Assembly: GCA_002269645.1 (NCBI GenBank)
Contig: NIVC01002531.1
Location: 1-47,175 of the forward strand
Origin: Macrostomum lignano
Lineage: Eukaryota
Reading direction: 5' to 3'
Length of the DNA stretch: 47,175 nucleotides
Of this stretch, positions 1 to 9,332 are shown in pieces (position 1 is the first letter of the stretch; each line of letters begins with the position of its first letter). Below the pieces are notes generated by a model, which made no database searches, had not been told where the DNA came from, and saw only the letters and a list, made by a program, of their open reading frames with translations. The position numbers were made by a program, and so were the translations under genes.

Positions 1-926
1 TAGACGAACTTTTCTTGATAGTTTGCGACTAGTCGATCCCAGTTGAATATCGACGAAGACCATAGATTGAGAAGAGCTAGTTTTGAGTCCAGGAATGCAC
101 TGTCAGCATGTGCTGTTCTGTGTCGTGTTCGATTCGGAAGTTTGAAAACTGTAATCAGAAAATCGCGAGTTTGCATGAACTGGTGCATTAGGTCGGTCAC
201 CGTTATTGGGCTACGAAGTGAAGTATAATTGATGTCTCCCATAGGTTTGAAGATGCTTTCGGAGACGGAAGTTTGCAAATCGGACAACCGATAGTTTTCA
301 TCGGATCTGACATTAGCGGTTGTGGGTTCAAATCTCGAAAAATTTAGTGTGGTCTTGAATAGCATCGATTGTTTAGGCAGGTAGTAGTATGGGAAGGCGT
401 CGCATGAGATTAGAGCTGGAGTAGCTGTGGAGACAATACGAGTCGTTGTATCCAAAAATCCAAGAACAGTATAATTTTGTAGGCGGAATTCCAGTGGGGG
501 ACGCGTGAAGCATTGGTTCGTCTTGTACTTTGGTTGGACAAAGCGGAACTGGTGTAGAGGTTTGCACTGGTAGACGAAGAGGTATCCAGCAATGGATCTA
601 GCTCGCAGGAAAGGATCATTTAATAAGAGTCGAGCAGCGAGCGTTGGTTGTGTGTAGTATAACTGTCGGTTGTACTTGAGATTAGTTGCATACATCATGC
701 ATTGAGTAGTTGCAAGCTGTCTGTACTTGGAGAAGGTCTTTTCGAGCTTTACTAGCAGCTCCTTGTAGTTGTCCAGCAAGAAGTTCAGCGGATGCGAACG
801 TTGATGAAAGTTGCGCAGTAGAGTTGCCTGAAGGGGCTGCGATGGTTTTGTCGTCTGTGCTTCGCTTGTTGCGTGGTAGTAGTAGGAGATCCGGTTGACT
901 GCCTTGTGGTTCGTGATGTGGAACTG
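1..926 (-). pseudogene. C-terminal ectodomain of the class III envelope glycoprotein, broken by about 4 frameshifts, open to the window edge
   Basis: Manual translation across frames gives ...LLLPRNKR/STDD..., then NFLLDNYKELLVKLEKTFSKYRQLATTQCMMYATNLKYNRQLYYTQPT, then LAARLL, then INDPFLRARSIAGYLFVYQC...NQCFTRPPLEF...GFLDTTTRIVSTATPALISC. The last frame is open from ~625 to base 1. The pattern matches the core helix and following cysteines of chuvirus G / herpes gB-type proteins as I recall them. Confidence 0.7.
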
Positions 927-3155
927 CTAGATTCGTGTGAATAGAAGCCAGTTGTGGATTGGTTGTTGTCGCTGGTGAGTTCGTGGTGAGGTTGAGGTTG
1001 CAGACTTTGCTGGTGCACTGGTTGTGCTGCTAGAGGTTGAGGTTGTTGGCGGTAAGGTGGTGGTACGAGGTTGTGTCGTCACTTTTGTAGTCGTCGTAGT
1101 TGAATCTGCTGTCGTTGTTGCTGCTGAGGTTGTAGCAGTGGTGGTTGTTGAAGTTGTCGGTGTTACGGTTGTGGTAGGTATTGTTGTCGTTGTAGTCGGT
1201 GGCATTGTCGTCGTAGCTGGTGGTGTTGTCGTTGTAGTCGGTGGTGTTGTCGTTGTAGTCGGTGGTGTTGTCGTTGTAGTCGGTGGTGTTGTCGTTGTCA
1301 AAATTGTAGTTGTTGGTGTTGATTTTGTAGTAGTTAGTATCGTAGTTGTTGGCGTCATTGTTGTAGAAGTGCTTGACGTCGGTGGATGATCAGGTCGCTC
1401 TTGTCGTAAAGGTTGCGGCGGTAGGAATTGTCGTGACTGAGTTGTCGTAGTGAAAGGATGTTGAGTCGTCGATTGCTGAACGGGTAATATTGTTGGTGGC
1501 GTTGGTAGTATCGCTGGTGGTGAACGACGTTTTTGTCTCGAAGAAGTGGTTTCTTCGCTAGTTTGAGGTTTTGGAGTAGCTTCTTCTAATGGGCTTCGTA
1601 AGGTGGCGAGAAATTCTGCTTCTTTGTTGTCGAGGATGTCTACGTATAGACCTTGCGTTGAAAGGTACAACGTCTTACGGACGCCAGTGCAGGTGAGAGT
1701 GTGAGTCGACGGCACTGGGTTGAAGGTTAGTCCCAATGTTTGATCATTAGTTAAGAACAAGCCGGAGTTTAAGTTGCCTTCAAGAGTACGAAATGGTTTT
1801 AAAGGACAATCAGCGAGTGGTGGAGGTGTCCAAATAAGATTTAGATGTCTTGGTCCTTTCACGTCAATTTGGTAGATTGCTTCAGTTTCCAAAGGATCCC
1901 AGGGGGATGTTAGTATTGGCAAAGGTAGGTTGAAAGCTCGCATTTCTTGTGCAGTTGTTTTAATTGTACAAAATTTGTCGGCGAGTTTGCAGTTGTCCAT
2001 TGGGAAGGACAAAGATTCCATTTTTTGATCTGCTGTTGAGTAGGCTGGGATTCCGGTGATCACTGTTGTTACTATTTGTTCTGAATGTGAACCAGGAGTG
2101 CAACGCACAGCATTTTGCGTGTTGAATGTCGATTGCAGGCGTTGGATAGACTGAGTTGACGCAGTCTTTAACACTAATGATCCATCAGGCGATAGCTTTG
2201 TTCGTGCCCAGTTTTCACAATCAGCTTGAGTGACTGGTTGCGGTTCCAACTCTACCAGGGCGGATGTCCAGGTTCTTATCACCGCCTTATCACATCTGAT
2301 AGTGATTTTCTCGCGGAAACAGACAGTCATAACCAGAGAACTGGTTTCCACGTTCGTTGTGTAAAGTTCCAGTTTCAACGGGAGTGTCGGCGTCGTTTGG
2401 TGTTTGAGCTGTTCACAACGGATCTCATGTGGTATCGTGAAAATTCGTGGGATCTGGTTGTACGGACAGACCATTGGTGTGTCAATGAAGCCCTCGTGAG
2501 ATTGTCTCTCAATCGATGGTGGAGTTGACGTCGTTATCGGCGTAGCGTTGGCTAGTGCGAAGAGTGAAGTTGCTAGGCACAGGAGAAAAAGTGTCAGTAG
2601 TGATCGGCGAATTCCGACGGAAGCTTTCACGGTTTTCTCGCGGTTGTTGTTGCTGGTCGGTGGAGTGTAGGCGTTTGTCACTCTTTCAACCGTACAAAGG
2701 CGAATAGAGTTGATAGTCGCAGCGGCAGTAGTCGGTTTTTTGAGTAAAGATTTCAGCTGCTTAGCGTCTCCAGAGTAGCGAATTTCGTTTCCAAAAGTCG
2801 GTGGGCGTTCATCAACTGTAGCAATGTGCATCAGTTGGGCAGACTCGGGAGCGTCGTGAGTCGTCCATCCAATCTGCGGCTGTTGATTCCATCCTGGGTG
2901 GGACGTTTCAGGGTCCTGAGCAGTGATGGCGCGTATCGGTGGATATTGTTGTTGCGCAAATCTCGGAGGTTGTCGTTGATTGTTGGTGCCGTTGTATCGA
3001 GGCGGATAGCGTTGCTGAGGCCGGTTTCCATAGTCTTGACGGGGTGGAAATCGTGATTGTTGTGTCGCCGGTGGACCGTAGCCTTGTGTACGTTGGGCTC
3101 GTAGTCGGCACTGGTTAATAGAGTGTCCTGGTTTTCGGCAATAGTTACAGGTCAA
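927..3155 (-). CDS. Gag C-terminus (second CCHC knuckle, Q/P/R-rich) joined in frame to an internal signal peptide, class III fusion glycoprotein N-terminal half, furin site and mucin-like domain
   Basis: CNYCRKPGHSINQC; hydrophobic RRSLLTLFLLCLATSLFALANA (~2545-2605); CFREKITIRC (C-x8-C), next Cys 24 aa later, like the rhabdovirus G fusion domain; RQKRR at 1524-1538; Thr-rich tract with 21 bp repeats (TTTTPPT). Confidence 0.75.
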   Translation of the reverse strand: MTCNYCRKPGHSINQCRLRAQRTQGYGPPATQQSRFPPRQDYGNRPQQRYPPRYNGTNNQRQPPRFAQQQYPPIRAITAQDPETSHPGWNQQPQIGWTTHDAPESAQLMHIATVDERPPTFGNEIRYSGDAKQLKSLLKKPTTAAATINSIRLCTVERVTNAYTPPTSNNNREKTVKASVGIRRSLLTLFLLCLATSLFALANATPITTSTPPSIERQSHEGFIDTPMVCPYNQIPRIFTIPHEIRCEQLKHQTTPTLPLKLELYTTNVETSSLVMTVCFREKITIRCDKAVIRTWTSALVELEPQPVTQADCENWARTKLSPDGSLVLKTASTQSIQRLQSTFNTQNAVRCTPGSHSEQIVTTVITGIPAYSTADQKMESLSFPMDNCKLADKFCTIKTTAQEMRAFNLPLPILTSPWDPLETEAIYQIDVKGPRHLNLIWTPPPLADCPLKPFRTLEGNLNSGLFLTNDQTLGLTFNPVPSTHTLTCTGVRKTLYLSTQGLYVDILDNKEAEFLATLRSPLEEATPKPQTSEETTSSRQKRRSPPAILPTPPTILPVQQSTTQHPFTTTTQSRQFLPPQPLRQERPDHPPTSSTSTTMTPTTTILTTTKSTPTTTILTTTTPPTTTTTPPTTTTTPPTTTTTPPATTTMPPTTTTTIPTTTVTPTTSTTTTATTSAATTTADSTTTTTKVTTQPRTTTLPPTTSTSSSTTSAPAKSATSTSPRTHQRQQPIHNWLLFTRI

Positions 3156-4480
3156 TCGTGGCGGTCCCTGCTGGTAACGATTTCGCGGGCATCAGAGCCG
3201 TATTGGGCTGTGTTCCTTCGATCACTTGAGTTAGGTCGGAAGGGACGAGGTTGTTGGTCATTCCTTCGACGACAGTCGGCGGCATAGTGTCCAGGTCGAC
3301 CGCAATGATAACAAGTGGGCTTCTGTTGCATATTAGCGATAGGTGGCTTGGTTTGTGTTTGCAGGGAGGCAACCACCTGCTGATTGGCTTCCTTCGTCGT
3401 TTTTTCTAAGGTAGTTAGACGCTCTGTGAGAGCTTTCAAGTCAGTGCCATCAGAGTCCATGGTGGAGTCGCGGATTTGTTCGGCGCGGATGGCCTTGTTG
3501 ATTAGCGTACTTTCCGTGGTGATATTTTGCTTCAAGAGTTCTCGTTTGATGTAGGGTAGAGCATTGTTGATAGTCGTAGCCATCAGGGTAGCAAGGAAGT
3601 CTCGGTTGCGCTGGTCGATGACAGCTTGGTTCGCGGGTGGTGTTTCCGGACCGGCACCTTCCGGAAATTCTTCCGGTATTTCCGGCATAGCTGACCTGAG
3701 CTTTCGACGAATATCGGTGAAATAAGACAGGAACGGTTCGCCGTACTGTTGTTTCCGGGTTGTTGCATTATGCAGCGTTAGAGCCGAGCCAATGGTTACT
3801 TCCCGAAGGCGTTGAGACAGTGCCTCAATGGTGGCTGGATAAGAGGCTTGGACTGCGGCAGAGAGGCGACTGTATTCGAGTTTAAGAAGGTCATTCAGTA
3901 GTCGCGGGAAGAGCCGAATCTTTGCGTTCTCCGATAGTCCAAAGGAGCGTGTGATCAAGTCGAACTCTTCAGTGAAGGAGCGGAAGTCATGCATTTGGTC
4001 GATTCCTTTCAGGGATTGACGAATTTCAGCAAGAGCAGTAGCTGAGACGGGATGGTTTGATTGCAATTGCAGACTGCGGTTCATAACGTCAGTAAGTTCA
4101 CGGACAGCATTTGTCGCTGCAGCATCAACATGGGGAGCGCCGTCCTGATCAGCCATATCTAGAGTAGATTCTTCAGCAATATCGTTTGGGGCTGGTTGAA
4201 CTGTTTCGTCCGCGTCTGTTAGGATGGAGCTGGGTGCTGGTGAGTGTGCACGGTTGTGTTCAAAATGATCCGCGAGAGGGTTATTAAACTCAACGTTATT
4301 TGGTATAAACAGGTTAGGTACTGGTGAACTATTTCGTGGGAGCTGTTCACCTATTTGGCAGTCAGAAGTTTCTAAATTTTGTTCAGGGGGTCTGTTAATA
4401 TTTGAGCTTTGAAAAACTGGTCCGGAACGTAAATCTCGGACAGGTGTGGTCATTAACAAGAATTCAATCAATAATTTCAA
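3152..4480 (-). CDS. Retrotransposon Gag (capsid-like region plus CCHC zinc knuckle)
   Basis: 442 aa ORF with FEEFDLITRSFGLSENAKIRLFPRLL, RKQQYGEPFLSYFTDIRRKL (major-homology-like region) and CYHCGRPGHYAADC. It continues via a -1 shift into the 927-3155 frame. Confidence 0.85.
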   Translation of the reverse strand: MKLLIEFLLMTTPVRDLRSGPVFQSSNINRPPEQNLETSDCQIGEQLPRNSSPVPNLFIPNNVEFNNPLADHFEHNRAHSPAPSSILTDADETVQPAPNDIAEESTLDMADQDGAPHVDAAATNAVRELTDVMNRSLQLQSNHPVSATALAEIRQSLKGIDQMHDFRSFTEEFDLITRSFGLSENAKIRLFPRLLNDLLKLEYSRLSAAVQASYPATIEALSQRLREVTIGSALTLHNATTRKQQYGEPFLSYFTDIRRKLRSAMPEIPEEFPEGAGPETPPANQAVIDQRNRDFLATLMATTINNALPYIKRELLKQNITTESTLINKAIRAEQIRDSTMDSDGTDLKALTERLTTLEKTTKEANQQVVASLQTQTKPPIANMQQKPTCYHCGRPGHYAADCRRRNDQQPRPFRPNSSDRRNTAQYGSDAREIVTSRDRHD

Positions 4481-5792
4481 GGCAACGATAGCACAAAAAT
4501 GTAACTAATAGCAAAGTAGAGTGTCAAATTCAAAGTGAGCAAACGGCAATGGCTTTCAGGGTTGCGGTTGGCGGACTGGCTGAGGAAGGGAGAAAAAGAG
4601 AGACTGTGTAATTTTTTAACTGTGATCTGCGACGAGCTTTGAAAATCGAAGTAATTTTGAATTGAACTGCCTTTTGATTGGTTCTGAAACTTTGAATTTT
4701 GAAATTTTGAACTCGGAAATCTTGAATTGAACTGCCGTTTGATCGGTTCTGAAACTTTGAAACTGAATTTGATAAAGGAGCTCCTGAATGTTGGACTAGA
4801 CGGACATCAGTGGTGGCCAATAAAATCGAATTTGTATCATTGAAGTCGGCAGTTTTCTTTTTCTTGAAGTCGGCAGTTTAGTCTTTTGAAGTCGGCAGTT
4901 TTCTTCTGAGAATTTGTTCTGGCTTTTTGAATTTCGAATTTGAATTTTGAACTATCTGACGAGTTTCAGCTAGGGGGGTTGATTTCATAATTTTAAGCAA
5001 GCGTAGAGTAATGTTTTTGTAGTTTTGTAAATTTGCTATTTTTTAATTTTTGAAAATTTTATAATTTTTATTGATCGGACTGATCATTTTGTAACTTTAA
5101 CATGATAAGAGCAGTACGGGTTGTACGAAATGAACTATAAGCAATGGTATTGTTTTTTGTGTTTTCAAGTTTTATTATTTTTTTTTTGCGATCTAATGAT
5201 CATTTTGAGTTTGTCGCAGGCTACGAAAATACTATGTGAATAGTCTAGCATAGATGAAGCGAAGAAGAGTAAATGGAGACGTGCGTTTTTTGAGGTTTTA
5301 AATTTTTTATATTTTTTGTCGATCAAATGATCATTTTCAAAGTAGTGTTTACACCATGCAGTTTAAAGTAACAGAAGGTGAGCTGGAAATGAGACTACGA
5401 TCAAAAGACAATGAGAGAGTATAGTATATTTACAGGGCCCAAGGGGGGCTGATGCTGAGGCGATAGAAATTGCGGCTTATGGGGGGGGGATCACTCAGGG
5501 CGACCACCGTATGCGGAGGCGAGAAGTTTGGGGCAAGGAGAGTCGCTAACGTCAAAACAGGGGTCGTCGGTAAAGTCGGGGTGGCCAACTATATGTTCCC
5601 GGTGGAACCGAGGGAGGGTGAGGAAATGAGCTTCAATGGCCTGACCTCTAGAACTGCCGCGATGGCGCGTCCAGGTCGACCAGAAGTGGTAGCGGAGTTG
5701 GTAAGAGGCAAGGTGGAACAGGCTTAGGGTGAGTCGAAACGGGGGGAACAAAGCTCTGGAGCAATAGTTCGTGGCGTTCACACTCCTCGTCA

Positions 5793-6295
5793 TCAATTTT
5801 GACAGTATATTCGGCGGAGATCTTTGTAGCGAAGAGGAACGCCGGTATGAAAATCAACGCAACGCAGAGCGCGGAAGAGTAGCTCGAAGTCCTGGCCTCG
5901 GAGGGCTATATCGACGATTGCGGACTTAAAAGCTCCTTGCAGGGGCGGCAGATGGAGGCCTTCGAGATGGAATAGCATATTGTCTATCTGCCCCGGGATG
6001 TGGCATTGGAGGCAGTCATAAATGTGGGTCAGGTAGGAATCAGTAATGGTGAGGACAAACTTGGTTACGGGACCAGGGCGTCCATTACAACTGAAGAGAT
6101 CGTGAAACAGGGAATCCGGGATTGCGGGCTTGACGGTACGAGGAAACGGAAAGGGCGAGAGATAGGAGGGGTGATAGTAAATGAAACTGCGGCGATGTTG
6201 GCAATAATACGTCTGACACTGGCAATCAAATAGTGGGACATCATCGGGGCAGTAAGGGATGCGGCTTCAGCGTAGATACGTGCGAAAGTAGTCAT
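5793..6295 (-). pseudogene. Accessory ORF of unknown function (~165 aa, one frameshift) in the retroelement leader
   Basis: ATG at 6295 (MTTFARIYAEAAS...). A frame change near 6140 continues RTVKPAIPDSLFHDLFSCNG...DCLQCHIPGQIDNMLFHLEG...RRIYCQN*. It is a moderately GC-rich island between AT-rich spacers. No family recognised. Confidence 0.4.
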
Positions 6296-9194
6296 GTTGA
6301 AATTATAATAAGTGAATTAAAGTACTTTAATTTAATTTACAGTGTTACCAAGTTGCTGGAACGGTAGAGACTGGATGTGAAGAGTGTCGTTCTTGCAGTT
6401 GGCTTCGTAGTACTGGAGAGGAGATTGACTCAAGAGTGCAGGATTCTGTCAATCTATAGTGCTGCAAAAGTGCTAGTATAATAGTGCTGTTGATGGCGAA
6501 TTCTGAAGGGAGTTGGGAACAGAGTTTGCGGCGTCCTCATTGGTTGGTTAGGGGGATTCCAAGCCATGCCTGGGAGACGGGGCGGTTATATTGGTGAAAC
6601 TGAAGGGGGACGGGTAAGGCTTGCTACTCCTTCGCGACTCCGCTACTTCAAACACTCCCGGACGACAATTGCTCGACTATTCATTATGGCTATGCAAGCT
6701 CAACTCGAAAGGACGAGGAAGACGGCGGATCAATGGTGGTGGCTCTGTCGGCGGTTGTGGGAGCTCGAATTGCTGCTGGAGGACGGCTGGCCCCGCGACA
6801 CGAAGCGGGGTGCTCGGCGGGGTTCGCGACTCCTGTCAGCGTTCAGGCGGCTAGTCACACCCGTCCGTAAGTGGTGTGAGCGCCGCCTCGAATGGTGGCA
6901 GGAGCTCCAGCACGTGGAAGAAGAGATTGTAGCGGGACGCCGATGGGGTAATTTTATCCTAGTTTAATGTAATGGAAGGGGCTAACCGACTGAAGGTAGG
7001 GGTAATCTTGAGTTTAATTTTTTGTAATTTTGTATAGTTTTTGTAGATATGCTAACAACAATTGAATTACTTATTAGTGTACATATATTTATATTGTTAT
7101 TGTTGCGATTACCCTTTTGTACGTGTGAATGTTTTTGTAAAAAAAAAAATACATAACTAACCTGTTTAACTATTTGAATTGATAAAGGCTGCTCAGGTTA
7201 GAGGGGGGGGGGGCTATGGGTAGGGCTCAATCTTGACAAAGCAAAGGATGGATAGCGTAACAAGATGGTTAACAAAATAAGTAGGGCAAAAGCTGTATGG
7301 GGCACTAAGCATCTATTGCCTTTGGCAATAGGGAGATGAGAGAAAAGTAGAAGTTGTTTGGATCTTAATCCATCATACAAAAACGAGAAATGGCTAGGAG
7401 AAGAAAAAATTCCTGGGGAAATTGTTTATCAGAGATCGTGAAAAGGTCGCTGAACCGGAGGGTGAGTGGCAGGATGGAGCTGGCCTGGACAGTTTGATTA
7501 AGGAAAAGATTTTTTGTGGGAGATAAAGTTGAGTGATGGTTTTAATCAAGAAAAGAGGTCGCTCTGGGAGGTCGAGTAGGCACACAAAGTCTGATGTGGG
7601 CAGTTTGTTTAAGATTAATATTTATTGGAGGGAACTGGAGTTGATTAAACACGCAAGAAATTCCCAGCATCCCGAATGATCCATAGAAGGCAACTGCCAG
7701 AATCAGCAATCCGAAAAAAAAACTTGGGTCGATAAGGATTTGATGGATGGGGCTCGTGGGGTTTGCAAACAGTGAGTTTGGAGTGTTTAATCAAGAAAAA
7801 TAATGAAAGGCTAGGCAAGCGGTCTATGAAAATCAGAAAAGTTTTCCGGATGAAGCACGCAGGTTCGGCAAACAATTGGTTGGGACTTTAATCAAGGAAA
7901 ATGATGAATGGTCAGGCAAGCAGCCTGTCGGATAAGCGAAAAAAAATTTTTTTTTTGTTGACAGCAAGAAATTGGTGGCTCCAGAGTTTGATTAATATTT
8001 GCTGAAGTGACTTTGTTTGAATAGCTCGTCAGGTTTTTTGCGTTTTCGTTCTTTCTTTCGGGCGCTTAACGGCGCAGAGAATCTGAGATAAGCCAGTTTT
8101 CTAGATGTGGCCACACACTGGGAAAAACCGAGGAGGAAACGAATGGCTCAGTCACTTTGGAGAGTTTCAAGTTTACTTGAGGAAATCCAGAGTAGACTTT
8201 GCTATTCTATGGAAAAGCAGTGAAGAAAGAAGCGTCCAACATTAAATAAACTTGAACAATTGATGATGCCGCGGTCTTTGAAAAATCGAAGCTTGGAAGC
8301 TTGAACAATTGAGGATCCGAATAACTGAATTGAATTTCTGCATTGAAGCTCTGAGGCTTGAGAATAAGAACTCGATATCAGACGTTCGACGACGTTTCTT
8401 GAATTAGAGTGAAATTGAAATTGTTCCGGAACGATAATTTATTGACTTTCATGGATCCTTTGAATCTGAAAAAACTTGAATCAGGTCTCAGTGCACTGGA
8501 CAAAACTTAGAACCGATTTGAATTCTGAATTGGAATTTGAGAGCTCGTGATTTACGATTCATTCTTCGAATATGTATTATTGACAGTCTCGAATGCTCAA
8601 AGGGGAGGGGGGGAAGCCAGTCCAACCGTTCACACCCATCAGCCACGCCTATAGCTGTCTACCCCATGCAGGGCATAGCGGCTATTGTGGTGAAACGCAT
8701 CGGAGGAAAAGTACGGTCAGGGAACCAGTGAAATATTTTAAAATATATGTTATTGTTCTTCTTCTGGTCTCTCACTTCTATGGCTCTTGTTCTACTTCAA
8801 ATATCAATGTGAGAGCCAAATAACTGAGGCGGCGGATTCAACTGACTTTTCCTGATGATGCAAACACTTGATGGTAACTTACAGACCGTTGTATTTGATG
8901 GTCACAATCTCGAGATGTTTTCTCACAAAATATAATGTCTAAGGTGGAATTCCAAATAAGAAGCTCGTTCGATTTAAGTCACAAGGTGTTTCTAGTTGTT
9001 CGGATGAACCGAAGGTTCAGTCTATTGTGAAACGTGGATTGGGTGTTGGTTTGGCTTTAGTAAGTCGACTTATAAGTTTTGGTGTTTGGGTTGAGACCCT
9101 AACTGTGTCAATCAAAATAGTCAAACGAGGCAAGCTAGGAGAAAGGCGAAGGAGAGGCAAGGGCGTGGAGAGGCGGAGCGAGCAGAAAAAAGGG

Positions 9195-9332
9195 GGGAGC
9201 TTCTTGCTTGGTTAACATGAGCTTTTATAGTACTTTTCAGTCTTGATCGCATTGGATGGTACATAACTGCTTTTCATTGGTTGAGGTTGGGGTCGTGTCC
9301 TCAGCTTTTGCTATTTGGAGCGCATTCATTGG
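9195..9332 (-). promoter_or_regulatory. Pol II promoter facing the gag-env unit: TATAAAAG plus three CCAAT boxes
   Basis: cttttata at 9222-9229 reads TATAAAAG on the minus strand. ATTGG occurs at 9251, 9276 and 9328; the latter two sit in identical AACCAATGAA context. A pyrimidine-rich initiation region lies ~25-30 nt downstream. Confidence 0.6.

Noticed and set aside
1024-1389. Val-rich + strand ORF
   Set aside because: Antisense shadow of the Thr-rich mucin repeats.
4800-8120. PBS or LTR end for the gag-env unit (TGG-starting motifs near 4818, 7983 and 8111)
   Set aside because: None matches a tRNA 3' end I can recall, and no second LTR copy is in the window to fix boundaries.
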